DNA from: the human T2T-CHM13v2.0 reference genome, Homo sapiens
Length of the DNA stretch: 64,000 nucleotides
Direction: 5' to 3' (one strand)
NCBI RefSeq assembly: GCF_009914755.1
Contig: NC_060945.1
Made by a program: the position numbers and the translations under genes. Below the pieces are notes generated by a model that had not been told where the DNA came from, did not search any database, and was given only the letters and a program-made list of their open reading frames with translations. Positions within the stretch are counted from its first letter, which is position 1; every line of letters starts with the position of its first letter. Shown one piece after another: positions 14,520 through 27,800 of the stretch.

Positions 14520-14963
14520 TATCTTCTGTGTGTATCTCTCACCTTCTGACCCATCTTCCACACCAGCCATTGCTGGAGCAGCCAGCTTTGCGCAGGTGTA
14601 ACCAGAAGGTGCCTTGTTTCAGCTGCACTGCGTCTCTCCATTTCTGCCCTGGGCCTCTCTGACACAGTGTCCTGGTATTGAGGCTTGTGCAACCTGGAAG
14701 TGTAAGGGAGTCAACATTCTATGAGGAAATTCTTGGCCAAAAGGGGGTGGGAGTCTATAAATTAGTACTCCCTTTTTTCTTCCCCTAGGCTGCAAATTCA
14801 GAGGATCCTCCCAGAAGATAAGATGGAGCAGGTCACCACCTTCTTCCCTGCTTCACACCCTCAGGCCCCGACTCTTGTCTGCTGAGATCACTCTCCAAAC
14901 CAATCTTCCCTTACAAAGCCCTTGTTGCAGGCTATGCTTTCTGAGGGGAACCCAGGCCAAGAC
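14520..14963 (+). mobile_element. LTR16-family ERVL solo LTR
   Basis: 'gcaacctggaagtgtaagggagtcaac' and terminal 'tttctgaggggaacccaggccaagaca'. Confidence 0.65.
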
Positions 14964-15532
14964 ACTAAAATGACACACCAACATGAAGACATGAACACAA
15001 TTGCAAAGGGATTGGTTGGATTGCATATCTCTGTGAATGGGACTCAAGAGAAGTTTGGGAAATGCTGGACCAGATGACCCTTGCAATCATGGTGCACAGA
15101 ATTAAAACCGTCAAGTTCCCCATCCATCTCTGAGATGGATGAGAATCTGAGTCTTCCACAAGATGCCCAAGACTTGTTAAACCCGTGGAATGTCTTTGGG
15201 TATGTGTGACATCAACAAGAAGCAGCAGACAAAACAAAATATTTTCACAAACATTCAGAAATCCCTAAATCTTGTGAGTTGTCGTATCATTTGTAGATAT
15301 AATTATAAAATGGCACATGATGCTGACCTATTCCAAGGCAATTGTTCATCTCATGGTAGGGTGTAATCTCTGCCTGCAGATTAAGGCAGAAGAGACCAAG
15401 GAGGGCTGTTTACTCCTTCATGATCCATCCCAGGGGAGGGTGGGTTTTGGACCAGTTAGGTTATGTGGCTGGCTGCTGAGGATTCTGAACATCTAGTTAC
15501 CTCCCTGTACCTCTGTCCCATATACTCTAGGC

Positions 15533-15696
15533 CAGTGGCTCTTCCCTGGATTGGGCCATCTTTTTCTGAAGGCAAATTTTCCACTAGGAGGAAGGTTAGA
15601 AATGCCAGTTCTTGAGTTGCACCCCAGATCTTTGGCAGTCTGTTGCGATAGATCTTCCAGGCGACTCTGATGCTGGCTGAAGTTTGAGAACCATTG
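15533..15696. mobile_element. MER5-family hAT-Charlie MITE containing a foreign 36-bp segment
   Basis: Termini cagtggctct... and ...tgagaaccattg; flanks ctctaggc / cccttggc match at 6/8 (8-bp TSD-like). Confidence 0.7.
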
Positions 15697-16299
15697 CCCT
15701 TGGCCTGTTCCTGCTCATCCTGGCTTGCAGGCTTTGGAGGCCTTCGCTGTTGATTGATTTACACTCCTCTCCACAGAATGGGCTCAGGAAACAAAAGATT
15801 ACTTGATTAGCTGGGAGGTGAGAGAAAAGGGGCTGGAACTGTGTAGGCAGCCACGCAGCTTACAAATAGATTATGTTCTGGACTTTGGAAGTCAGCTGTT
15901 TGGAATAGAAGCTGTTTTCCTAGGAATGGTAGATAGCTTTTTATGCCAGCACATAAAGGCATATTTAATTCCAAACTTGGCTGAAATACTGCTGCGTCAC
16001 AATGAAAATGAGCAGATCCCAGTGCTCCTGGAGTATTAGTACCTAATCAAAGCAGAACAGAACAAGAAATGAAACACGGAGATGGTATTTTATGTATGTT
16101 AATATTGCTGATCAAAGAAAAAGGTTGATTTGGAGACGAATTAAGAGGTAAATTGGGATATGTCAAGATTCATAAGGAGTTTCTGGCCTTTCTCTAGAAT
16201 ATGATGATACTCATTCATTTAGGCAGACTTTCCTTAACTGTGGTTCTGGATTGTTACCTTTCTTTTTTCTGAAGGCAAATTTCCCACTAGGAGGGAGGT
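15561..16299 (+). repeat. Short dispersed direct repeat, 36 bp, copies at 15561-15596 and 16264-16299
   Basis: tttttctgaaggcaaattt(t/c)ccactaggagg(a/g)aggt, 34/36 identical. Confidence 0.9.
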
Positions 16300-16869
16300 A
16301 AAGAATTCTGAGACCAACTGGCATGGGTTGAAAAGGAGAACAGAAAGAGTAATGGAATCAGAGAGAATGCAGGTGTATTTATTAATTAATACGAGCCTCA
16401 ACGGAGACAAAACTAACATGAGTTGTGAGCAATGAGAGGTGGATGGGCATAGACCGAGGTCAGGATTCTCCTCTGTACTTGGCAAGACAGGAAAGACAGC
16501 AGACCTATGTGGAGCACGTGAGCTGGGAGCTGCTGTTCTGGAAACCTTCCCTCCCACTGTATTTGCCTGCCCTTGTCCCTTACACAGTTCCATTTCATGT
16601 CACCCGACTTCTTTCCTTTCCCTGGTTACTGATAGGGCAAAAGAAGATGAGCTGGACCAACTCCCTTTTTCTTCCTAGAGATTTGAACTAAGAAACAACC
16701 AGATACATTTCAGTCCGTGATGGGAAGAGGTTTGCGGCTGGCTGTGAGCACTTCACACATTCACAAATCACGCACTTCTAGTTGGCTTTCTTGTGATGGC
16801 GAAAATACTTTCTTTTTGGTTTCATGATGCATTTATTAACCATTCTATTTTTGTATCATACAAATGATC

Positions 16870-17200
16870 AGAGCTGACAGTTGAATGGCTGGGTTGGGAG
16901 AAGTGTGGTAGCCCTAATGGAATTAATTAATTGAATAATATTGCCTGACAAATGGCTCCATTATACCAAAGAGGGCTTGAGACTTAATTACTGATGTCAT
17001 TTATCTCTCTATTTGCACCCCAATAATAAGTGACTCATTTCTCATTAATATTGGGTCATCTTCCAAAAGGAAGAAAAGAGGCCAAAATATCAGGCGGGTG
17101 GGTGGGGGGTGAAGCAATGTCTTTGTTCCCTATCTCATTATTTTGATAAATCATAACAGACTCCCGTTAATTAGGTGGGCAGGCTTAACTGGCTGACTCC
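16870..17200. promoter_or_regulatory. Candidate enhancer, homeodomain/TALE/AP-1 motif cluster
   Basis: No recognisable repeat; many TAAT cores, TGACAG, TGACTCA (17031-17037), TGATAAATCA (17144-17153). Confidence 0.35.
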
Positions 17201-17915
17201 TGTCCAACAATTACCTCAGAAAGGAGCACCACTGGGAACACGTCCTTCCCTTGGGACGACATGAAAGGAAGTCTCTAACAAAAAAGGGGATCGTTCCCTT
17301 GGCCACGCTGGGGGCATCACAGTTGTCAAGACACATTTCTAGACGTAAGGGCTGGAGCTGTCTCGGGGACATCGCCTGTGCATGACGGTGATGTCTGTGG
17401 GCCTGATGCTGCCTTCCTAATCCAGGGTTGAGCTAATGGTTCTCAGTGCCTTTGAGTCCCCCTGGGAAATGAGAACCTAATTAAGCAGGGGAACAGGTGT
17501 AAAGAGAACCTGATTTGATCTGGCCACATTAATTGCTGAGATTGGGCTTGCATTTAGCTGGAAACAGTGAATTAACTACAGCCGGAATACAGCTAATCCC
17601 TTGGTTTCGCTGCGACTGTGTATAAAACACACTGGACCTGCTGGGGAACACAAACAAAGAGGGATTTGCAGTGAAGGTAAAACCGCATCCTTGCATGGGA
17701 AGGGCTGAGAAACGAGCTTAGCCACAGAGGGTGGCCATGTGGCCCAGACTGGGCGGCTCATTTTCCCTACAAAATTACCAATAGCACTCTCTTTTATTCT
17801 CAAAAAATGTTCCAGTTTGGGCAATAAATTAAATGGTTACTTTATTTCAATGAGAATTTTAAGTTGGTTTAAAATATTTTTTTCTTTACCGGAGGAGTGG
17901 TATTATAGGTTGAGG

Positions 17916-18361
17916 AGTTACCGGTTGAATTTTGTCCCCCTCAACAAAGATGTTGAAGTCCTGACCCCCAGTATCTGTGAACGTGACCTTATTTGGAATT
18001 GGGGTCTTTGCAGATGATCCAGTTAAGGTGAGGCCATTAAGGGTGAGCCCTCATCCAGGATGACTGGTGGCTTTTAAAAGGGGGGAATTTTGGACACAGT
18101 CACAGGGAGGGCACCATATGAAGGTGAAGGCAGAGTCTGCGGCAATGTTTCTATAAGCCAAGGAACCTGAGGATTGCCAGTGACCCCCAGAAGTTAAGGG
18201 AGGGGCCTGGAACAGATTCTCCCCCAGAGCCCTCAGAACAAACCCTGCCAACACCTTGATCTCAGACTTCTGGCCTCCAGAACTGTTCAGCAATAAACGT
18301 CTGTTGTTTAAGCCACCCTGCCTTTGGCACTTTGTCACGGCGGCCCCAGCAGACTAACTCA
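17916..18361 (+). mobile_element. MLT1C-like MaLR solo LTR
   Basis: 'gaacgtgaccttatttggaa...gtctttgcagatg' through 'cttctggcctccagaactg...tgttgtttaagccacc'. Confidence 0.88.
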
Positions 18362-18778
18362 CGTGGGCACTAGTCTCGAAGCATCTGATAAGGCTCTAAT
18401 GACTCATGGTTTGTACGGTTCACAGAACTGAGCCGTCTTGATGGCGAAGGCTGGTCGCAGGGTTAGGGAGCAGAGCTGATTAGAGGACCAGTACCAATTT
18501 CCCACCTCCTCGGTGCCAAGCTCTGGGAAGAGGGTGACAGAGATGGCCCTGGTTCCTGGCCTCAAGGGGCCAGCAGTCCGGTGGGCAGGCAGCCTGTGCA
18601 GGTGACCTTGTACTTCATTAGCTAAACACGAGTATGTATCTATGTACACACACCTGGAAGGGAGGGAAGCTCAATATAGGTGGGGGGCAGGCCTCCCAAG
18701 CTGGGCTGAAAAGCATCAGCCTTCCCAGGATGGGACATCTCAGCTGAGACCTGAGAAGAAAGGGCTACCTGGATTTTA

Positions 18779-19087
18779 TTTTATTTTGTTTTCTTATTTT
18801 TGAGACAGGATCTCATTCTGTTGCCCAGAGGCTAGAGTGCAATGATGCAGTCACGACTCACTGTAGCCTTGACCTCCGTAGGCTCAAGCGATCCTCCTGT
18901 CTCAGCCTCCCAGGTAGCTGGAACCACAGGCACACACCACTGTGCCCAGCTAATTTTTGTATTTTTTGTAGAGACGGGGTTTCGCCATGTTGCCCAGGCT
19001 GGTCTCAAACTCCTGGGCTCAAGGGATCCACCCACCTCAGCCTCCCAAAAGTGCTGAGATTATAGGTGCAAGGCACAACGCTGGGCT
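18779..19087 (-). mobile_element. Alu (AluJ-like) with perfect 15-bp TSD
   Basis: TSD gctacctggatttta at 18764-18778 and 19088-19102. Confidence 0.95.
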
Positions 19088-20939
19088 GCTACCTGGATTT
19101 TAAAAAGGCAGGAGAAACGGAGAACAAATGTGAAGTTCTGAGGACCAGGAGGGCTGGAGCTTGAAAATTCCAACCCGGGAGCGGAGAGACTGGAGAAGGT
19201 TGTTTTCCAATTCGTTTTCTCAGCCTTCATTGCTCGTTTATCGAGCGTGTAGAGCACACTGCCATGCACCAGGACAAAGCCACCGCTTCTGTTGGGAGAA
19301 CTCACTCACGGCAGGAGAGGAGGCCCCTTGAAGTGAATGGAAAAGCCTTAAATGGGAGAGGGATAGGAGGAATGGACAATGTTCACTCCTGGGTCAGAAG
19401 ACAGGAGCTCTTTGGTCCCTGACCTCTCTGGTCAATTGTTTGCATGTGGCTAGGCGTGGAGAGGTCATAGGTCACATCCAAAAGTGCTAAATTATTTCTA
19501 AGTGTATAATGAGATTCTCTGTCCCTGAAGCCGAATTTTGGTTGCAGCTTGTCAGAGTTTCATTCATAGATATGGCTGGTCAATTGAGAACATTCTAGAG
19601 AACACTTTTGTGATGGTTCCTTCCTCTTGAGGTTCTGAGCTCCATATCCTTCCACCTCAGACCCCACATCCAGGACCTACCATCTTGAATTTAAGTTTTT
19701 GCCCCTTGGCCCAGAGTCTAAGGAAATTATGAGATCCATAGACCCAATCCATACAGTGCTTTTGCTTTTGAATGCCAGCGTTGGCGTTTCTTGGGTGCTA
19801 TTTTCAAGGCGGATTTCTAGGTTGGATGTTAAAGTCATCGTTTCTCTTCTCCAGTTGACTTCAATGACCTGTTGCCGGTGGGCCCGGGACAAAAAGTTTT
19901 GGGAAGGCAAAACTGGGGTCTGATTTGGTAGGCATGGCATGGATTATGTAAGTGTACAGGTCTGCATTTCAAAATGAAAAATAACAATAATAATTAGGGT
20001 TTCTCTGGGCTCCTCATGTCCAAGCCACTCTTGCAAAACCACCTTTGGATGAGCCTGAAGTGTCAGCAAATCAGAAACATGTGGATTTAATTTCCTTTGA
20101 AATACACCAGGGGGAGAGGGAGCTGTGGGACTTGGCAACCTGCTTCTTCGGGTTTGCCAAACCCCAAATATCTCACACTCTGTGAGAGCTCTACGCTGGC
20201 CCCCAGCAGTCTCGTCTGGCCAGCCCAGCCTCTGCATTTCTTGCTGTACCGTCTAGGTCTCCTCTAACCATGATTCCCTTCTCTGGGTCCATTTCAGCTG
20301 CCAGAGGGATGCTAACACCGCCCACGTGCTGCAGCAGGACTTTGGAAGGGGAACCAGCACTGTAATGAAGTGTTGGGTTGGCTCAAGTCTTGTCTGGACC
20401 ACAAACCATTTTTCAACCACTAGTGTGCCTTTAAAACCCAAACCAACTGTGAGAGTGGTTTTCTACTTTGATTCTAGATGGGAAAATATTTTGCTTTTTT
20501 GGTGGATGACAGTGTCAGGTCCCAAATGGATTTGGTTTCATCCTCCAGCACGCATGCATATAACGTGAAACATGCCCACACTCTGCAAGGGCCACAGCCA
20601 CCCCACCATTATGTTCCAAGGCAAATATGCGTCCGCGGGTCCCCGGGAAAGTAAAGGAGTTTCACATTGAGGAGCCGAGCCACACAGTCTAGCAGTTCTG
20701 ATGTCTCTCCAAGGCCCACAGATCCTGGTCTACTAACTTAAGGGTAAGGTTGTATAAATAAGGTCCACATCACTTGCTGGTTCATTATTTTTCTTCGTTG
20801 ATAGTAATGCCTCCTTTTTTCTTCCTTTGTATTTTCTGTGTCTTGCAGCCCCTTTTGTCTAAAATAGTGATGTACATTAAATGCAAAGGGCAAATGGAAC
20901 CATTGAAAAGTACTTTTTGCATCCAAAACAGCCAACGCT

Positions 20940-21125
20940 TTGGTGCCTGCTATGTGTCAGACACTGATTCTTCTGTCATCCTTATTCTACTGATGAGGCA
21001 ACTGAGGCAGCTTCAGAGAGTTCGAGTAACCTGCGGATCACACAACTAGGAAGTAAGAGAGCTGGAACTTGACGTTGGGCTGTTGACCTCCAGAAATGGT
21101 GTTTTTTCCAGTACTCAGTGCTGCC
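20940..21125 (-). mobile_element. MIR
   Basis: MIR core 'attctactgatgaggcaactgaggc...gatcacacaactaggaagt'. Confidence 0.7.
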
Positions 21126-21136
21126 TCTGACTCCAT

Positions 21137-22066
21137 TGTGATGGTTGATTTTATGTGTCAACTTGACTGGGCCCAGGGGTACCCAGATATTTGGTCAAAC
21201 ATTATTCTGGGTGTTTCTGTGAGGGCGTTTTGGGTGAGATTAACATTTAAATTGGTAGACTGAGTAAAGCAGATGGCCCTCTATGATATGGCCAGGCCTC
21301 ATCCAATCCATTGAAAGCCTGAATGGAACAAAAAGGCCAACCCTCCCTCAGTAGGAGGAAATTTCGTCTGCTTGACTGCATTCAAACTAGGACGTCAACT
21401 TTTTCCTGCCTTTGGACTTGAATAGAAACATCAGCTCTTCCTAGGTCTTCAACCTGCCAGGCTTCAGATTGAAGTTTATACCATCAGCTCTCTTGGTTCT
21501 TGGGCCTTTGGACCCAGACTGTAAGTGCACCATCCGTTCTCTTGGGTCTTGCTTGCTGACTCACCCTGCAGATTTGGGGACTTATCAGCCTCTAATTCTG
21601 TGAGCCAATTCCTTCTAATATATCTCTCTATATGCATCCTGTCTCACTGGAAGAACCCTGATACGGTTAGGCTTTGTGTCCTCATTCAAATCTCATCTTG
21701 AATTGTAAATCCCATAATCCCCATAATCCCCATGTGTCAGGGGAGGGATCAGGTGGAGGTAATTGCATCATGGGAGCAGTTTCCCCTGTGCTCTTCTCAC
21801 GATAGTGAAAGAGTTCTCACAAGATCTGATGGTTTTATAAGGGGCTCTTCCCCCTTTGCTCTGCACTTCCCCTTCCTGCTGCCTTGTGGCCTTGTGAAGA
21901 AGGTGTCTTGCTTCCCCTTTGCCCTCCTCCATGATTGTAAGTTTCCTGAGGCCTCCCCAGTCATGCAGAACTGTGAGTCAATTAAACCTCTGTCCTTTAT
22001 AAATTACCCAGTCTCAGGCGGTTCTTTATACCAGTGTGAGAATGGACTAATACAAACCCTAATACA
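21137..22066 (+). mobile_element. MLT2D-like ERVL solo LTR, split by THE1D
   Basis: Starts 'tgtgatggttgattttatgtgtcaacttgactggg'; terminal 'taataca' at 22060-22066. Confidence 0.88.
21659..22054 (+). mobile_element. THE1D solo LTR with 5-bp TSD
   Basis: tgatacggttaggctttgtgtc...ggactaataca; TSD aaccc at 21654-21658 and 22055-22059. Confidence 0.92.
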
Positions 22067-22208
22067 TCAATTTCTTTTTTGATCTACCAGGCAATCCTGT
22101 GAAGTAGATGGGTCAGGTAATATCATTGCTATTTGACAGATGAGGGAGAACAAGACCTAGCAAATGAACACGCATGTGTTACATGCTCACATAGTCACAC
22201 ACATGCTC

Positions 22209-22256
22209 GCATGCGTGCGCGTGCACACACACACACACACACACACATATACATAC
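22209..22256. repeat. Alternating purine-pyrimidine / (CA)n microsatellite
   Basis: gcatgcgtgcgcgtgcacacacac...catatacatac. Confidence 0.85.
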
Positions 22257-24352
22257 AGACCACGCACTTCAGGACGAAGGTCAGAATCCAGGTCTAATCA
22301 TTTAAGTAAGTGCTTCTTCCCCAGGGTGTCCACAGAGCAGCCAGCCATGGAGGGCAGTGCTAACTTACTTTTAAAATGTCCTTAATGTCCAGGATCACGA
22401 TAGCAAGTCCCCCTTCATGCAGAAAAATCTGCCTCTGAGTATCTGGGTGTGCAGAGGAGCTACTACTATTATTCTGTTCCTCACATTCCATACTGTAAGT
22501 TCCAGCTACAGAGAATATTGTAGCAAAGTGCTAGCAAACCTAGCACGTTCCCACCTGGAGACAGCGAATCCAGAGAGTGGATCCTCGAGGGTAAAATTAT
22601 CCCCCAAACGATTGCATGTTGAGTGGGACAAGGATATCTGGCCAGTAGAATGTCTGTATAAGAGAAGGCAGAAATCTCATTATCTTTGTTGGCTGATGTA
22701 AAATCCAAGGCCATGCAATGTGTTAAGACTGCTGTCACTTATCCTAGGTGATGACTCAGTCTATTTACTTGCAAGTCTTTCTGTTTTGCAAAGCCACCCC
22801 CGCTTCAGGATTTAGAAGAAATAGGGTTCTCCCCCACCTGCTCTGGTCTTCACGATATCCACTCTGGCAGGCCAGGGCCATAGTCGAGCTGTTAAATATT
22901 GAAGATGTGTCGTCCTGATTGTATTTAAGTAGTATTTCATTGAAAGTGAGTGGAAGATGGGAGAAGCAATGTTTATACATCTTCAACTGCTCTTATCAAG
23001 CAGACAGAAGTTCAGACGGAGGTGGCTGTGACCTTTTACTGCTGTTTATAAGCAGCAGGGAAATATATTTTGGGTTTTGGCAGCCACAAGATCCCTGCAT
23101 AATCCACCAGTCCTCCCCCGTACTCCCACCTCCCACCTCAATCATTTTTGTATTGAAATGTCTGCAGAAAATGGATGTGGAATGGCACTATTGTCTTGGG
23201 TAAGTAAGTTTTTCACTCAAGGCACAAAACCCCTGTCATACACCTACCTCTGGTTCTACAGGAGCCTGTGAACTCGTGCCAGAAGAGGAAAGGCTGAGCT
23301 GATACTGCAAAGATGTGGCAGCAGATGGGAACTTGTGCCTGCAAGTGGGGAGCCTTGGTTTTAATGAATGAAATCTAGCAAGTTCCCATCTGGAGATAGT
23401 GAATCCAGGAAGAGGATCTTGGATTGGACAAGTGGATGGGATTCAGTTTGGCCAAAGGGCCAGAAAAAACTCTCATTCTTTAAATGAAAACCTTCTCGTC
23501 TCTTCCAACCTCCTAGTCTTAGGACAAGATCATTTTTAAAAGGTCTAGTTTTGTGGCTTCACACTATGAACTAGCTGTTGTGAGTCCCAAAGAAGAAAAG
23601 AGCATTACTTTTTTCATTTAAAAAGTGAGCTTCAAACTCACTAGTTCTGCCTGAAGCCAGAAGCTTCCGATTTCCACCGGCATCTCTGTAACCGGCATCT
23701 CTCTAATGGGATAATGGGTAGTTTTCATACTTCGAAAAGCACTGCTTTTTGTCTCTGCCGGTTGAGTAAGCTTTTGCAAGCAGGGTTGAACAAGAAACAC
23801 CGTTTTGGATGGCAATGGTTTTATTTACATTATACTCACCTAGGAGCTTGTTTTCATGGAGGGGCTCAAATGTGCTGGACAATGGACTCTGAATTAAGGA
23901 GGAGTGTGGAGATCATTGAAACATTTGCTCTAGGGGAAGAAATCAAGCAAAGAGACCTATTCATTCACATTGACCTTGGAGATAGATATCAAGTAATGGG
24001 GCAATTCAGGGCTAATTATTTCCTCTGGGGAGAGCAGGACTCCCATTGGGTGTCCCATTGGCTGTGGGTCTCTCCCTCCTGCAGTCTCAGGACCAGGAGT
24101 GTCAGATGCCATTCCCCAGTGGGCTGCTACCTTTGATGCGTGCTGACATTGTCTGGTCACATTCCACTCCATGAGTTGTCCTCAGCAGCCAGCCAGCCCC
24201 GGTGCCATTGGCCATGCCACAGTATAACATAGACCTGACTGTTTGAAACAGGTGGCTTTCTACTTGGGTCCCCTCTGGGATATTCTCAGCATGCAAAAGG
24301 GGTTTGTTTGCACATTCAGCATACTTAGGCAGGCTTTAGAAATATTGACTTA

Positions 24353-24739
<387 letters not shown>

Positions 24740-25313
24740 TCAGATCAAAGAAGCAGAGTCACCTGGGGATGTGACCCAGGCATTGGCACTTAAAAATCTT
24801 CCCAGGTAGGTGCATCTGGTTTGAAAACGACTGAACACAGGAAATGAAAGCTATTTCTTAGCTACGTTTGTGGGGATTTCTTGGTCTCTGTCTCTCACTG
24901 TGGGTGGTGCATGACATTTGTAGGTGTGGACTAAAGGCCACAGGAGAGTGTTCATGCCCCTGGGAGGGGTTTCATGGTTGGTGGCCCTGTTGTTAGGGAA
25001 ACGGGCAGTGCATGGGCTAAGCCCACCTGGCAGGTGGACACAAACACACACACACTCTCAAACCCTCTTCCCGGTTGAAAAACTCTCACATGAGTCCTGT
25101 GGTTGGGCACGCAGGGTATCCAGGAGCCACAGAAGCTGCTGTCCCCATGACCTCAACTTCGAGTCTGCGCTCTAATTCTTTCTCACCTGTATCCTGGTTT
25201 CTCATTGATTAAGAAGACATTTAGTTGATGCCAGTGATGTTAATGACTCATCTTATGACTCTTGGGGACTTTCTCTGCCCTGTAAATACCACATCCCTCT
25301 TCTACCAAATAAA

Positions 25314-25315
<2 letters not shown>

Positions 25316-25356
<41 letters not shown>
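25316..25356. repeat. (TTA)n microsatellite
   Basis: Pure TTA array. Confidence 0.95.
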
Positions 25357-25663
25357 TTTGTAGCTCATGGCCCAGTCTAATTATGACAAAAAGGTTTACA
25401 AAGAGACACACTTTAAAGATAGGGACATGGATGGGCTCAAGACGGTAAAGGATGTGCTGTATTCTGCAAACCCAAGCATAGAAGCATAGAAGACTGGAAT
25501 GGCTATCTTAAGATCAGACAAATCGGACTTCCAGGTATACAGCGTGAACCGAAACAATTCCCACAGACGTCCCCTCCCTGTCTCTCACCCCTACACCGTC
25601 TTGGTACTAGGTGCTTCAGACCCTGCAGCTGGGCTGTGTCTATGTGATATGGCCTGCGTCCAG

Positions 25664-26018
25664 TGGTATGGTTTGGCTGTGTCCCCACCCAAATATCTTG
25701 AATTGCAGCTCCCATAATTCCCACTTATTGTGGGAGGGACCTGGTGGGAGATAACTGAATCATGGGGACGTTTCCCCCACACTGTTCTTGTAGTGAATAA
25801 GTCTCACAAGATCTGACGGTTTTATAAGGAGTTTTCCCTTTTGCTTGGCTCTCGTTCTCTCTTGTCTGCCACCATGTAAGACATGCCTTTCACTTTCTGC
25901 CATAATTGTGAGGCCTCCCCAGCCATGTGGAACTGTGAGTCCATTAAACCTCTTTTTCTTTATAAATTACCCAGTCTCGAGTATGTCTGTGTCAGCAGTG
26001 TGAAAATGGACTAATACA
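25664..26018 (+). mobile_element. THE1B-like solo LTR
   Basis: tggtatggtttggctgtgtccccacccaaat...ggactaataca. Confidence 0.92.
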
Positions 26019-26756
26019 GACAGGCATCTTGGTCAGGTTGCTTGGGTTGGGTGCCTTGGTTCCCACTTTGGGTGTTCCCCAGACCCTCTGAGTCTCCACA
26101 GCTGCTCCTGATGTTGCCTGGCTCCGGATTCTTCCTCCCTTCCTTCCCCTTCTCCTCTCATCTCCCAGGCCTTTGGCATAATCTCATCCAGGAATTTAGT
26201 TTTTACCAAAGCCAGGAAGAATCTTTTCAGCCAGCTGAAATCCCTAAGGTCAGGAAGTGTGAAGCTGGGCCACTAGCCAGGATTTGATGTGGGTGAGAAT
26301 AAAGAGAACTGAACCCAGATTAGTATTTTAACAGAGGGTCCTACAAGGCCTTGAGAGCGTGACACTTTCCCCAGGTGCCCACCATCAGGGATCATTGTTT
26401 CTGCCTCCTGGGCTCCTCCAGGCTCTCACCTCTGTCTAGGTCATCGCTTTGGAGGTACTGGGCTTTCTTGGCCCCTCCCCAAACTTTAACCCGTTTAAGG
26501 CAGCCGTCACTTTTTGCAGGGCCTCCAAGCTCACTCAGAAATCTTGTGTTGAATGGTGCAGAGCTAAGTTGTTCACTCTGCAGTATCATATTAGAAGAGA
26601 TTTGGTTTACCCTGAATCCACTCTGACGACGTTTGTTCGTTTGACCTTCAGGTGTGCAAGTTGGTTGTCTTCAGGGAAGAGAGCAGTTCTCACTCAACAA
26701 TCAGACATAACTCTGTCTTATAACAAAATTGCACCCATGGAGCGTCTAGGAACTCC

Positions 26757-26912
26757 CTACCCAAAGTGTGGTCTGTGGGCCAGCAGCACCTGCGTCATCT
26801 GGGAACTTGTAAGAAATGGGATTCTTAGCAGATCCCAGACCCTGCTGCATCAGAACCTGCATTTTAATGAGATCCCAGGTGATTTGTGTACCTGTGAAAA
26901 TGTAAGAAGCCC
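26757..26912. mobile_element. MER5A1-like MITE
   Basis: 'caaagtgtggtc...gggaacttgtaagaaatg...cagaacctgcattttaatgagatcccaggtgatt'. Confidence 0.8.
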
Positions 26913-27180
26913 CACTCCAGGGCATACACATCCCACTGATAGGAATGGAATCAGGACTATTACATATTTTGGAAATATTTTTAAACAATTAAGAAAAAAG
27001 TGATAAAAAATTTCCTTATTAAATTAGCAAAGATCCAAAATGAAAGATTATCCCAATATTTTTGTTAAATAGATACTTTTTTTGTTAGACACTGCTGGTG
27101 GGAATATAAATACAATGTTTCTTAGTATAATGTTTCTAAAGGGCAAATTGTTAGAGAAGTCTGAGAACAAATGCTCTGCC

Positions 27181-27443
27181 TTTTTTAAGAATTGACAGAT
27201 AAAATGGTATGTATTTTTCATGTACAACATGATGTTTTAAAGTATTTGCACATTGTGGAATGGTTAAATTTAGCCAGTTACCTCACAGAGGTTTTTTTGT
27301 GTGTGAAAACACTTAATATCCACTTTCTTTGCATTTTTCAAGAATACAGTATATTGTCACGAACTGTAATCCCCATGCTGCAGGACAGAGCTCTTGAACT
27401 TATTCCTCCTATGTAATTGCAATTACATATCCTTTGACCAACA
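27181..27443 (-). mobile_element. L1MA 3' fragment, within older + strand L1ME debris (about 27010-28040)
   Basis: 'ttgacagataaaatggtatgtatttttcatgtacaacatgatgtttt...cttgaacttattcctcct'. Confidence 0.8.
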
Positions 27444-27559
27444 GCTCTTTAGAGGAGCAATTTCCTTTCTGTGACTTGATCTTAAGGAAAAAATTAACTT
27501 GTGATGTAGCTCCAAGGATATGGGGAAAAGGATTTTCATGACAAAGGTTTATTTGTTTT

Positions 27560-27800
27560 TCTAATCTTTTCTTCTTCCTTACTAACAGAACCCCAGGTTT
27601 GTGGCGGGACGGGGGCAATGCAATCCACATGTTCTGGGCGCTTTGCAGGTAAGGGTGGCCAATGAGATGTAAGCAGAAGTCACTGGGAGATACCAGGCAG
27701 GAAAACGCTTTCTCAGGGGAATCCACTCAGTTACGAGCATCCTCTGACCTATAATTCCGCACCCCTCTCCCCCTTTGTCCTGCTCTGGAGTCCCAGTGGC
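27560..27800 (+). mobile_element. Old MLT1 (J/K-like) LTR fragment
   Basis: 'tggccaatgagatgtaagcagaagtcactggg'. Confidence 0.6.

Noticed and set aside
15581-16297. CCACTAGGAGG as duplicated CTCF sites
   Set aside because: Two or more mismatches at informative positions of CCASYAGRKGGCRS.
23676-23705. 15-bp tandem duplication accggcatctct(g/c)ta
   Set aside because: Ordinary slippage duplication with no further signal.
26449-27003. 184-aa ORF
   Set aside because: Non-ATG start, runs through a MER5A1, no recognisable protein similarity.
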